This document shows positions 50,743-64,000 of a stretch of DNA of 64,000 nt, piece after piece. A program made the position numbers and the translations under genes. This DNA is from Eledone cirrhosa (lineage: Eukaryota): positions 14,632,001 through 14,696,000 of the forward strand of contig OZ024766.1 in NCBI GenBank assembly GCA_964016885.1, read 5' to 3'. The notes beneath the pieces are model-generated. The model saw nothing but the letters and a program-made list of their open reading frames with translations, made no database searches and was not told the DNA's origin. Position 1 is the first letter of the stretch; every line of letters begins with the position of its first letter.

Positions 50743-50869
50743 ATAGGAACGAGTAGGACCCCGACGGCTGAGCTCAAGCCGTTTCGACGGCTAATTCTGG
50801 ACTATTCTGGACTAGAATTAGCCGTCGAAACGGCTTGAGCTCAGCCGTCGGGGTCCTACTCGTTCCTAT
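50743..50869. repeat. Perfect GC-rich inverted repeat (56-bp arms, 15-nt spacer) containing hammerhead 3' halves
   Basis: Right arm reads AGAATTAGCCGTC-GAAA-CGGCT-TGAGCTC-AGCCG-TC-GGGG. Confidence 0.9.
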
Positions 50870-50945
50870 TACCCACTCTACTACCCTAAGTATTGAGTAC
50901 TTTGGTGCATTATGGTCCATCTGGTTCCTTACCACATTTCCTTCG

Positions 50946-50994
<49 letters not shown>

Positions 50995-51093
50995 TATATA
51001 TATACACACATATATATATATATATACACACATATATATATATATATGTATATACACACATATATATATATATAAAAACACACGCACACATAT

Positions 51094-51126
<33 letters not shown>

Positions 51127-51525
51127 CACACGCACACACACAAATATATATATATATATATACAGATGTATATATATACACACACACATATATATATACA
51201 CATACATATACACAGACACTCACACATGTATATATACACACACACAAACATATATATATACCCACACACACATATATATATGCACACAAACACACGCACA
51301 CACATATATATATATATACACACGCACACACATATATATATACACACACATATACATACACACACACACACACACATATATACACATATATACACACACA
51401 CATATATAGATACACACACATACATATATATACACACATACACACACATATATATATATACACACACATATATATACACACACACACACACACATATATA
51501 CACACACACACACACATATATAGAT

Positions 51526-51556
<31 letters not shown>

Positions 51557-51643
51557 CACACGCACACACATATATATATATACACACACATATATATATA
51601 CACACACATACACACACATATATACACATATACACACACATAT

Positions 51644-51692
<49 letters not shown>

Positions 51693-51801
51693 TATATATA
51701 TATACACACACACACACACATATATATATACACACACATATATATATATATATATACACACGCACACACACATATATATATACACACACATATATACACA
51801 T

Positions 51802-51832
<31 letters not shown>

Positions 51833-51877
51833 CACACACACATATATATATATACACACACACACATATATATATAT

Positions 51878-51908
<31 letters not shown>

Positions 51909-52197
51909 CACACACACACACATACATAGATACACACACACACACATATATATACACACACACACACACACATATATACACATATATACACACACACACA
52001 CATACATATATATACACACACACACACACATATATATATATACACACACATATATATACACGCACACACATATATATATATATACACACGCACACACATA
52101 TATATATATACACACACACACACATATATATATATATACACACACACATATATATATATATACACACACATATATATACACACACACACATATATAT

Positions 52198-52228
<31 letters not shown>

Positions 52229-52273
52229 CACACACACACATATATATATATACACACACACACACATATAGAT

Positions 52274-52304
<31 letters not shown>

Positions 52305-52632
52305 CACACATATATATACACACACACACACACATATATATATACACACACATATATATATACACACACACACACATATATATATATACACACACATATA
52401 TATATATACACACACACACATACACACACATATATATATACACACATACGTAAGTGTGTGTGTCAAAGAAGAGATGTAGAACAGGGTGCTGTGTGTAAAC
52501 AATGGGACAGTGTGTTCCAGTCAATAGCCTATAGGACAGAGGTGTGTGTGTTACCATGGTGATGCTCTGGTAACTATTGACAACGGCCATTGATGCTTTA
52601 AGAAAGGGACTCAACTGTTAGTTTAATTAAAT

Positions 52633-54183
52633 TGGTGGTGCTGGGGTGTGGTGGTGGTGGTGTGTTGGTGGTGGTGTGTTGGTGTGGTGGTGGTGTGTTG
52701 GTGTGTTGGTGTGGTGGTGGTGGTGTTGGTGGTGTGGTGTGGTGGTGGTGGTGTGGTGTGGTGGTGGTGGTGTGGTGTTGGTGGTGTGTTGGTGTGGTGG
52801 TGGTGTGTTGGTGTGTTGGTGTGGTGGTGGTGGTGTTGGTGGTGGTGGTGTGTTGGTGTGGAGGTGTGGTGGTGGTGTGGTGTTGGTGTGGTGGTGGTGG
52901 TGTGGTGGTGGTGGTGGTGTGGTGGTGTGGTGGTGGTGGTGTGGTGTTGGTGGTGTGGTGCTGGTGGTGTGGTGGTGGTGGTGTGTTGGTGTGGTGGTGG
53001 TGTGTTGGTGTGTTGGTGTGGTGGTGGTGGTGTTGGTGGTGTGGTGCTGGTGGTGTGGTGGTGGTGGTGTGTTGGTGGTGTGTTGGTGTGTTGGTGTGGT
53101 GGTGGTGGTGTTGGTGGTGTGGTGCTGGTGGTGTGGTGGTGGTGGTGTGGTGTGGTGGTGGTGGTGTGGTGTGGTGGTGGTGGTGTGGTGTTGGTGGTGT
53201 GTTGGTGTGGTGGTGGTGTGTTGGTGGTGGTGGTGGTGTTGGTGTGGTGGTGGTGGTGGTGTGTTGGTGTGGTGGTGGTTGGTGGTGGTGTGGTGGTGGT
53301 GTGGTGGTGGTGTGATGGTGGTGTGGTGCTGGTGTGGTTGTGGTGGTGGTGTGGTGGTGTTGGTGTGTTGGTGTGGTGGTGTGTTGGTGTGGTGCTGGGG
53401 TGTGGTGTGGTGGTGTGGTGGTGGTGGTGTGGTGGTGGTGGTGTGTTGGTGTGGTGTGGTGGTGGTGGTGTGGTGGTGTGGTGCTGGGGTGTGGTGGTGG
53501 TGGTGTGGTGGTGCTGGTGGTGTGTTGCTGGTGTGGTGGTGGTGGTGTGTTGGTGTGGTGCTGGGGTGTGGTGGTGGTGGTGTGGTGTTGGTGGTGTGTT
53601 GGTGTGGTGCTGGTGGTGTGGTGGTGGTGGTGTGGTGGTGTGTTGGTGTGGTGCTGGGGTGTGGTGTGGTGCTGGGGTGTGGTGTGTTGGTGTGGTGGTG
53701 TTGGTGGTGTGGTGTTGGTGGTGTGGTGGTGGTGTGGTGGTGGTGTGGCGGTGGTAGTGGTGGTGGTGTGGTGCTGGTGGTGTGGTGGTGGTGGTGTGTT
53801 GGTGTGGTGCTGGTGGTGTGGTGGTGGTGTGTTGCTGGTGGTGTGGTGGTGGTGTGGTGGTGGTGGTGTGTTGGTGTGGTGGTGGTGTGGTGGTGGTGTA
53901 GTGGTGGTGGTGTTGGTGGTGTGGTGTTAGTGTGGTGGTGGTGGTGTGTTGGTGGTGTGTTGGTGTGGTGCTGGTGGTGGTGTGTTGCTGGTGGTGGTGG
54001 TGTGGTGGCGGTAGTGGTGGTGGTGTGGTGGTGGTGGTGGTGTGGTGGTGGTGTGGTGGTGGTGGTGTGTTGGTGTGGTGGTGGTGTGTTGGTGGTGTAG
54101 TGGTGGTGGTGTTGGTGGTGTGGTGTTAGTGTGGTGGTGGTGGTGTTGTGGTGGTATGGTGGTGTTGTGGTGGTGGTGTGTTG
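52633..54183. repeat. Degenerate (GGT/GT) array
   Basis: Directly visible. Confidence 0.97.
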
Positions 54184-55402
54184 GCTTTACCTCACATAAT
54201 ATCTCACATAACATTTACATTACTCTATATATACTATTGTATTGTCACAGTAAAGGCTTTACCTCACATAATATCTCACATAACATTTACATTACTCTAT
54301 ATATACTATTGTATTATCACAGTAAAGGCTTTACCTCACATAATATCTCACATAACATTTACATTACTCTATATATACTATTGTATTGTCACAGTAAAGG
54401 CTTTACCTCACATAATATCTCACATAACATTTACATTACTCTATATATACTATTGTATTTTCACAGTAAAGGCTTTACCTCACACAACATTTACATTACT
54501 CTATATATACTATTGTATTGTCACAGTAAAGGCTTTACCTCACATAATATCTCACATAACATTTACATTACTCTATATATACTATTGTATTGTCACAGTA
54601 AAGGCTTTACCTCACATAATATCTCACATAACATTTACATTACTCTATATATACTATTTTATTGTCACAGTAAAGGCTTTACCTCACATAACATTTACCT
54701 TACTCTATATATACTATTGTATTGTCACAGTAAAGGCTTTACCTCACATAATATCTCACATAACATTTACATTACTCTATATATACTATTGTATTGTCAC
54801 AGTAAAGACTTTACCTCACATAAAATTTACCTTACTCTATATATACTATTGTATTGTCACAGTAAAGGCTTTACCTCACATAATATCTCACATAACATTT
54901 ACATTACTCTATATATACTATTGTATTTTCACAGTAAAGGCTTTACCTCACATAACATTTACATTACTCTATATATACTATTGTATTGTCACAGTAAAGG
55001 CTTTACCTCACATAACATTTACATTACTCTATATATACTATTGTATTGTCACAGTAAAGCTTTACCTCACATAACATTTACATTACTCTATATATACTAT
55101 TGTATTGTCACAGTAAAGGCTTTACCTCACATAAAATTTACCTTACTCTATATATACTATTGTATTGTCACAGTAAAGGCTTTACCTCACATAAAATTTA
55201 CCTTACTCTATATATACTATTGTATTGTCACAGTAAAGGCTTTACCTCACATAATACCTCACATAACATTTACATTATTCTATATATACTATTGTATTGT
55301 CACAGTAAAGGCTTTACCTCACATAATATCTCACATAACATTTACATTACTCTATATATACTATTGTATTGTCACAGTAAAGGCTTTACCTCACATAATA
55401 TC
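54183..55402. repeat. 72/60-bp minisatellite, about 18 copies
   Basis: GGCTTTACC(TCACATAATATC)TCACATAACATTTACATTACTCTATATATACTATTGTATTGTCACAGTAAA; the 12-bp internal duplication is optional. Confidence 0.96.
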
Positions 55403-55697
55403 AAATTTATGAGATTTTGATACTATTTATTTTGAGAACAATACCTTAACATCTGTATGAGTGGCTAGTTTGAACAGGAATAGGTGAGAGAATTCCTGAC
55501 CGATACGATCGGTTTAAATGCTTATATAAAATCATCACAGAAGGTTTTAATATCAAAAAGAACATTTTAAATGAAGTTTTCTAGGAGAAGACTACAGTTT
55601 CAGCAGCTTTCATATCAAAACCCTTTTTAAGTTACATCCCTTGTTTTTTTTTTACTGACTTTTGAAAATTTCCATATCTTGATTCTTCAGTATCACA

Positions 55698-57285
55698 GAA
55701 CAGATGTGTGTCATGAAACAGATCTGTATCAGGGAATAGATGTCACACACCAGATCTGTATCAGGGAATAGATGCCCTACAACAGATGTGTGTCATGGAA
55801 CAGATCTGTATCAGGGAATAGATGTTGTACAACAGATGTGTGTCACGGAACAGATCTGTATCAGGAAATAGATGTTGTACAACAGATGTGTGTCATGGAA
55901 CAGATCTGTATCAGGGAATAGATGTTGTACAACAGATGTGTGTCACGGAACAGATCTGTATCAGAGAATAGATGTTGTACAACAGATGTGTGTCAGGGAA
56001 CAGATCTGTATCAGGGAATAGATGTACAACAGATGTGTGTCATGGAACAGATCTGTATCAGGGAATAGATGTTGTACAACAGATGTGTGTCACGGAACAG
56101 ATCTGTATCAGGGAATAGATGTTGTACAACAGATGTGTGTCATGGAACAGATCTGTATCAGGGAATAGATGTACAACAGATGTGTGTCATGGAACAGATC
56201 TGTATCAGGGAATAGATGTCGTACAACAGATGTGTGTCACAGAACAGATCTGTATCAGGGAATAGATGTACAACAGATGTGTGTCATGGAACAGATCTGT
56301 ATCAGGGAATAGATGTTGTACAACAGATGTGTGTCACAGAACAGATCTGTATCAGGGAATAGATGCCCTACAACAGATGTGTGTCATGGAACAGATCTGT
56401 ATCAGGGAATAGATGTTGTACAACAGATGTGTGTCACGGAACAGATCTGTATCAGGGAATAGATGTACAACAGATGTGTGTCATGGAACAGATCTGTATC
56501 AGGGAATAGATGTTGTACAACAGATGTGTGTCACAGAACAGATCTGTATCAGGGAATAGATGTTGTACAACAGATGTGTGTCATGGAACAGATCTGTATC
56601 AGGGAATAGATGTACAACAGATGTGTGTCATGGAACAAATCTGTATCAGGGAATAGATGTCGTACAACAGATGTGTGTCACAGAACAGATCTGTATCAGG
56701 GAATAGATATACAACAGATGTGTGTCATGGAACAGATCTGTATCAGGGAATAGATGTACAACAGATGTGTGTCATGGAACAGATCTGTATCAGGGAATAG
56801 ATGTTGTACAACAGATCTGTGTCATGGAACAGATCTGTATCAGGGAATAGATGTACAACAGATGTGTGTCACGGAACAGATCTGTATCAGGGAATAGATA
56901 TCGTACAACAGATGTGTGTCACGGAACAGATCTGTATCAGGGAATAGATGTCATACAACAGATGTGTCATACACCAGATGTGTCATACAACAAATATGTC
57001 ACACACCAGATGTGCCATACAACAGATGTGTCATACACCACATGTCATACAACAGATGTGCCATACAACAGATGTGTCATACACCAGATGTGCCATACAA
57101 CAGATGTCTGATACACCAGATGTGCCATTCAACAGATGTGCCATACACCAGATGTGTCATACACCAGATGTGTCATACACCAGGCGTGTCATACACCAGA
57201 CGTGTCATACAACAGATGTCTGATACACCAGACGTGTCATACACCAGACGTGCCATACACCAGATGTGTCATACACCAGATGTGT
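55698..57285. repeat. 50/47-bp minisatellite (about 26 copies) grading into a 16-bp repeat
   Basis: AACAGATGTGTGTCATGG-AACAGATCTGTATCAGGG-AATAGATGTTGTAC, then CA(A/C)CAGATGTGTCATA from about 56960. Confidence 0.95.
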
Positions 57286-57376
57286 ATGATAGAATCAAGG
57301 TAGTTTCAGGTGGTTTGCTATCAAAAAGGTTTTTAAATTCCATCATTTTCTAAGTGAAGATTATTATTATAGACAA

Positions 57377-58687
57377 TGTGGATTGTCAGTATCGGTAGAG
57401 GGTCGGACGCCATGCTTTGACGCACAGAGTTACGGCCCTTGCCATTCTCAGTTCAAATCCCGCCGAGGTTAACTTTGCCTTTCATCCTTACGAGGTTGAT
57501 AAAATAAAGTACCAGTAATACACTGGGATAATTGCTGGCCTTGTGCCCCCAAAAGTAGAAACAATTATTACGGGGTTGATAAAATAAAGTACCAGTAATG
57601 CACTGGGGTAATTGCTGGCCTTGTGCCAAAAGTAGAAACAATTTATTACGGGGTTGATAAAATAAAGTACCAGTAATACACTGGGGTAATTGCTGGCCTT
57701 GTGTCAAAAGTAGAAACAATTTATTACGGGGTTGATAAAATAAAGTACCAGTAATACACTGGGGTAATTTCTGGCCTTGTGCCAAAAGTAGAAACAATTT
57801 ATTACAGGGTTGATTAAATAAAGTACCAGTAATACACTGGGGTAATTGCTGGCCTTGTGCCTAAAGTAGAAACAATTTATTACAGGGTTGATTAAATAAA
57901 CTACCAGTAATACACTGGGGTAATTGCTGGCCTTGTGCCAAAAGTAGAAACAATTTATTACAGGGTTGATTAAATAAACTACCAGTAATACACTGGGGTA
58001 ATTGCTGGACTTGTGCCTAAAGTAGAAACAATTTATTACAGGGTTGATTAAATAAAGTACCAGTAATAAATTGGGGTAATTGCTGGCCTTGTGCCAAAAG
58101 TAGAAACAATTTATTACAGGGTTGATTAAATAAAGTACCAGTAATAAATTGGGGTAATTGCTGGCCTTGTGCCAAAAGTAGAAACAATTTATTACGGGGT
58201 TGATAAAATAAAGTACCAGTAATACACTGGGGTAATTGCTGGACTTGTGCCTAAAGTAGAAACAATTTATTACAGGGTTGATTAAATAAAGTACCAGTAA
58301 TACACTGGGGTAATTGCTGGCCTTGTGCCAAAAGTAGAAACAATTTATTACAGGGTTGATTAAATAAAGTACCAGTAATACACTGGGGTAATTGCTGGCC
58401 TTGTGTCAAAAGTAGAAACAATTTATTACGGGGTTGATAAAATAAAGTACCAGTAATACACTGGGGTAATTTCTGGCCTTGTGTCAAAAGTAGAAACAAT
58501 TTATTACAGGGTTGATTAAATAAACTACCAGTAATACACTGGGGTAATTGCTGGCCTTGTGCCAAAAGTAGAAACAATTTATTACAGGGTTGATAAAATA
58601 AAGTACCAGTAATACACTGGAGTCGAATTAATTGATTTTCTTCTCCCAAAAATTGTTGGCCATGTGGCTAAAGCAGATACAATTATC
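57377..58687 (+). mobile_element. SINE family B whose 3' 78 bp is tandemly repeated about 14 times
   Basis: Head GGATTGTCAGTATCGGTAGAGGG..GTTCAAATCCC; unit CGGGGTTGATAAAATAAAGTACCAGT..GTAGAAACAATTTATTA at 57571, 57649, ... 58585. Confidence 0.95.
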
Positions 58688-58859
58688 ATCGTCATGACAA
58701 CATGGTTGAATGTGCTTCAATCTAAGATATTCTTGAAGCTTTTAGAAACTCCGCCTCGTGTTACTTCTGTCAAAACTTGTTGTCTCTCCTTGCTCTGCTG
58801 GTCCACAAATGTAATGGGGGAAACAAAGGCAAAAGAGAAAAAGAATTATTTAAAAATTC

Positions 58860-59524
58860 ACATAAAAGAGACTCAGACAACCTAGACAACACATAAAAGA
58901 GACTCAGACAACCTAGACAACACATAAAAGAGACTCAGACAACCTAGACAACACATAAAAGAGACTCAGACAACCTAGACAACACATAAAAGAGACTCAG
59001 ACAACCTAGACAACACATAAAAGAGACTCAGACAACACATAAAAGAGACTCAGACAACCTAGACAACACATAAAAGAGACTCAGACAACCTAGACAACAC
59101 ACAAAAGAGACTCAGACAACCTAGACGACACATAAAAGAGACTCAGACAACCTAGACAACACATAAAAGAGACTCAGACAACCTAGACAACACATAAAAG
59201 AGACTCAGACAACCTAGACAACACATAAAAGAGACTCAGACAACCTAGACAATACATAAAAGAGACTCAGACAACCTAGACAACACATAAAAGAGACTCA
59301 GACAACACATAAAAGAGACTCAGACAACCTAGACAACACATAAAAGAGACTCAGACAACCTAGACAACACATAAAAGAGACTCAGACAACCTAAACAACA
59401 CATAAAAGAGACTCAGACAACCTAGACAACACATAAAAGAGACTCAGACAACCTAGACAACACATAAAAGAGACTCAGACAACCTAAACAACACATAAAA
59501 GAGACTCAGACAACCTAAACAACA
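58860..59524. repeat. 31-bp minisatellite (about 22 copies, with a 22-bp variant)
   Basis: (CATAAAAGAGACTCAGACAACCTAGACAACA)n. Confidence 0.97.
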
Positions 59525-59571
59525 TCCCATGCAAAAGAAAAGAAAAGAAAATTAATTCCATGAAATATTAC

Positions 59572-62500
59572 AGCAACTGCAGAGGATATGCGACGGCTGG
59601 AGAGAAATGAGGCAAGCATGCTCCGTTGGATGTGCAGTGTCAATGTGTGTGAACTACCCAGCATGGATGTGTTGAGAGAGAAACTGTGTATAAGAGGGAT
59701 AAGTTGTAGTGTGTGGGAGAGAAAATTGAGATGGTATGGACATGTGATATGTTGAGAGAGAAACTGTGTATAAGAGGGATAAGTTGTGGTGTGTGGGAGA
59801 GAAGACTGAGATGGTATGGACATGTGATGTGTTGAGAGAGAAACTGTGTATAAGAGGGATAAGTTGTAGTGTGTGGGAAAGAAGACTGAGATGGTATGGA
59901 CATGTGATATGTTGAGAGAGAAACTGTGTATAAGAGGGATAAGTTGTGGTGTGTGGGAGAGAAGACTGAGATGGTATGGACATGTGATATGTTGAGAGAG
60001 AAACTGTGTATAAGGGGGATAAGTTGTAGTGTGTGGGAGAGAAGACTGAGATGGTATGGACATGTGATGTGTTGAGAGAGAAACTGTGTATAAGAGGGAT
60101 AAGTTGTGGTGTGTGGGAGAGAAGACTGAGATGGTATGGACATGTGATGTGTTGAGAGAGAAACTGTGTATAAGAGGGATAAGTTGTAGTGTGTGGGAGA
60201 GAAGACTGAGATGGTATGGACATGTGATGTGTTGAGAGAGAAACTGTGTATAAGAGGGATAAGTTGTAGTGTGTGGGAGAGAAGACTGAGATGGTATGGA
60301 CATGTGATGTGTTGAGAGAGAAACTGTGTATAAGAGGGATAAGTTGTAGTGTGTGGGAGAGAAAATTGAGATGGTATGGACATGTGATGTGTTGAGAGAG
60401 AAACTGGGTATAAGAGGGATAAGTTGTAGTGAGTGGGAGAGAAGACTGAGATGGTATGGACATGTGATGCGTTGAGAGAGAAACTGTGTATAAGAGGGAT
60501 AAGTTGTGGTGTGTGGGAGAGAAGACTGAGATGGTATGGACATGTGATGTGTTGAGAGAGAAACTGTGTATAAGAGGGATAAGTTGTAGTGTGTGGGAGA
60601 GAAGACAGATGGTATGGACATATGATGAGTTGAGAGAGAAACTGGGTATAAGAGGGATAAGTTGTAGTGTGTGGGAGAGGGTTGAGATGGTATGGACATG
60701 TGATGAGTTGAGAGAGAAATTGTGTATAAGAGGGATAAGTTGAAGTGTGTGGGAGAGAAGACTGAGATGGTATGGACATGTGATGTGTTGAGAGAGAAAC
60801 TGTGTATAAGAGGGATAAGTTGTGGTGTGTGGGAGAGAAGACTGAGGTGGTATGGACATGTGATGAGTTGAGAGAGAAACTGTGTATAAGAGGGATAAGT
60901 TGTAGTGTGTGGGAGAGAAGACTGAGATGGTATGGACATGTGATGTGTTGAGAGAGAAACTGTGTATAAGAGGGATAAGTTGTGGTGTGTGGGAGAGAAG
61001 ACTGAGATGGTATGGACATGTGATGTGTTGAGAGATTAACTGTGTATAAGAGGGATAAGTTGTGGTGTGTGGGAGAGGAGACTGAGATGGTATGGACATG
61101 TGATGTGATGAGAGAGAAACTGTGTATAAGAGGGATAAGTTGTAGTGTGTGGGAGAGAAGACTGAGATGGTATGGACATGTGATGAGTTGAGAGAGAAAC
61201 AGGGTATAAGAGGGATAAGTTGTAGTGTGTGGGAGAGGAGACCGAGATGGTATGGACATGTGATGTGTTGAGAGAGGAACTTTGTATAAGAGGGATAAGT
61301 TGTGGTGTGTGGGAGAGAAGACTGAGATGGTATGGACATGTGATGTGTTGAGAGAGAAACTGTGTATAAGAGGGATAAGTTGTAGTGTGTGGGAGAGAAG
61401 ACTGAGATGGTATGGAGATGTGATATGTTGAGAGAGAAACTGTGTATAAGAGGGATAAGTTGTAGTGTGTGGGAGAGAAGACTGAGATGGTATGGACATG
61501 TGATGAGTTGAGAGAGAAACTGGGTATAAGAGGGATAAGTTGTAGTGTGTGGGAGAGGGTTGACATGGTATGGACATGTGATGAGTTGAGAGAGAAACTG
61601 TGTATAAGAGGGATAAGTTGTGGTGTGTGGGAGAGAAGACTGAGGTGGTATGGACATGTGATGAGTTGAGAGAGAAACTGTGTATAAGAGGGATAAGTTG
61701 TAGTGTGTGGGAGAGAAGACTGAGATGGTATGGACATGTGATGAGTTGAGAGAGAAACTGGGTATAAGAGGGATAAGTTGTAGTGTGTGGGAGAGGGTTG
61801 AGATGGTATGGACATGTGATGAGTTGAGAGAGAAACTGTGTATAAGAGGGATAAGTTGTAGTGTGTGGGAGAGAAGACTGAGATGGTATGGACATGTGAT
61901 GTGTTGAGAGAGAAACTGTGTATAAGAGGGATAAGTTGTGGTGTGTGGGAGAGAAGACTGAGATGGTATGGACATGTGATGTGTTGAGAGAGAAACTGTG
62001 TATAAGAGGGATAAGTTGTAGTGTGTGGGAGAGAAGACTGAGATGGTATGGACATGTGATGAGTTGAGAGAGAAACAGGGTATAAGAGGGATAAGTTGTA
62101 GTGTGTGGGAGAGGAGACCGAGATGGTATGGACATGTGATGTGTTGAGAGAGAAACTGTGTATAAGAGGGATAAGTTGTAGTGTGTGGGAGAGAAGACTG
62201 AGATGGTATGGACATGTGATGAGTTGAGAGAGAAACTGTGTATAAGAGGGATAAGTTGTGGTGTGTGGGAGAGAAGACTGAGGTGGTATGGACATGTGAT
62301 GAGTTGAGAGAGAAACTGTGTATAAGAGGGATAAGTTGTAGTGTGTGGGAGAGAAGACTGAGATGGTATGGACATGTGATGTGTTGAGAGAGAAACTGTG
62401 TATAAGAGGGATAAGATGTAGTGTGTGGGAGAGAAGACTGAGATGGTATGGACATGTGATGAGTTGAGAGAGAAACTGTGTATAAGAGGGATAAGTTGTG

Positions 62501-64000
62501 GTGTGTGGGAGAGAAGACTGAGATGGTATGGACATGTGATGAGTTGAGAGAGAAACTGTGTATAAGAGGGATATGTTGTAGTGTGTGGGTGAGAAGACTG
62601 AGATGGTATGGACATGTGATGTGCTGAGAGAGAAACTGTGTATAAGAGGGATAAACTGTAGTGTGTGGCCGAGAAGACTGAGATGGTATGGAGATGTGAT
62701 GTGTTGAGAGGGAAACTGGGTATAAGAGGGATAAGCTGTGGTGTGTGGGAGAGAAGACTGAGATGGTATGGACATGTGATGTGTTGAGAGAGAAACTGTG
62801 TATAAGAGGGATAAGTTGTGGTGTGTGGGAGAGAAGACTGAGATGGTATGGACATGTGATGTGTTGAGAGAGAAACTGTGTATAAGAGGGATAAGTTGTA
62901 GTGTGTGGGAGAGAAGACTGAGATGGTATGGACATGTGATGTGTTGAGAGAGAAACTGTGTATAAGAGGGATAAGTTGTAGTGTGTGGGAGAGAAGACTG
63001 AGATGGTATGGACATGTGATGTGTTGAGAGAGAAACTGTGTATAAGAGGGATAAGTTGTAGTGTGTGGGAGAGAAAATTGAGATGGTATGGACATGTGAT
63101 GTGTTGAGAGAGAAACTGGGTATAAGAGGGATAAGTTGTAGTGAGTGGGAGAGAAGACTGAGATGGTATGGACATGTGATGCGTTGAGAGAGAAACTGTG
63201 TATAAGAGGGATAAGTTGTGGTGTGTGGGAGAGAAGACTGAGATGGTATGGACATGTGATGTGTTGAGAGAGAAACTGTGTATAAGAGGGATAAGTTGTA
63301 GTGTGTGGGAGAGAAGACAGATGGTATGGACATATGATGAGTTGAGAGAGAAACTGGGTATAAGAGGGATAAGTTGTAGTGTGTGGGAGAGGGTTGAGAT
63401 GGTATGGACATGTGATGAGTTGAGAGAGAAATTGTGTATAAGAGGGATAAGTTGAAGTGTGTGGGAGAGAAGACTGAGATGGTATGGACATGTGATGTGT
63501 TGAGAGAGAAACTGTGTATAAGAGGGATAAGTTGTGGTGTGTGGGAGAGAAGACTGAGGTGGTATGGACATGTGATGAGTTGAGAGAGAAACTGTGTATA
63601 AGAGGGATAAGTTGTAGTGTGTGGGAGAGAAGACTGAGATGGTATGGACATGTGATGTGTTGAGAGAGAAACTGTGTATAAGCGGGATAAGTTGTGGTGT
63701 GTGGGAGAGAAGACTGAGATGGTATGGACATGTGATGTGTTGAGAGATTAACTGTGTATAAGAGGGATAAGTTGTGGTGTGTGGGAGAGGAGACTGAGAT
63801 GGTATGGACATGTGATGTGATGAGAGAGAAACTGTGTATAAGAGGGATAAGTTGTAGTGTGTGGGAGAGAAGACTGAGATGGTATGGACATGTGATGAGT
63901 TGAGAGAGAAACAGGGTATAAGAGGGATAAGTTGTAGTGTGTGGGAGAGGAGACCGAGATGGTATGGACATGTGATGTGTTGAGAGAGGAACTTTGTATA
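59572..64000 (+). repeat. RTE fragment (59572-59666) running into a second 80-bp RTE-derived satellite (at least 54 copies, runs off the window)
   Basis: AEDMRRLERNEASMLRWMCSVNVCELPSMDVLREKL.. then tandem units; 2712-bp higher-order duplication (60486 vs 63198). Confidence 0.97.

Noticed and set aside
58700-58850. Possible minus-strand exon (pyrimidine tract, CAG, short open frame QSKERQQVLTEVTRGG..)
   Set aside because: No recognisable homology or partner exons; would need RNA-seq

Overview
Eukaryotic, gene-free, repeat-saturated DNA. The AT microsatellites, tRNA-derived SINEs with RTE-type tails and RTE LINEs resemble an octopus or other cephalopod genome (inference). No host protein-coding gene can be supported, and nearly all long ORFs in the track are translations of micro- or minisatellites. 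Recognisable content: decayed RTE, RTE-X-like, CR1-like and L1/Tx1-like LINE fragments; three Penelope-like (GIY-YIG) fragments; two DD37D (maT) Tc1/mariner deletion derivatives; a mariner-type MITE; two SINE families; and about 12 tandem arrays. Two signals stand out. (1) About 15 minimal type I hammerhead ribozyme motifs from several sequence families sit in short non-coding Penelope-pLTR/retrozyme-like modules. Most are inserted in (TA)n, several are fold-back inverted pairs, and four families share a downstream covarying bulged hairpin (ACTC-stem...stem-2nt-GAGTGCT). (2) At least six tandem arrays are expanded in place from pieces of SINEs/LINEs or from their 5' insertion junctions, and unexpanded parent copies in the same window show the boundaries. 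An L1/Tx1-like insertion with a twin-priming-type inversion and an 18-bp TSD is also present. Coordinates and copy numbers were read by eye and are approximate.
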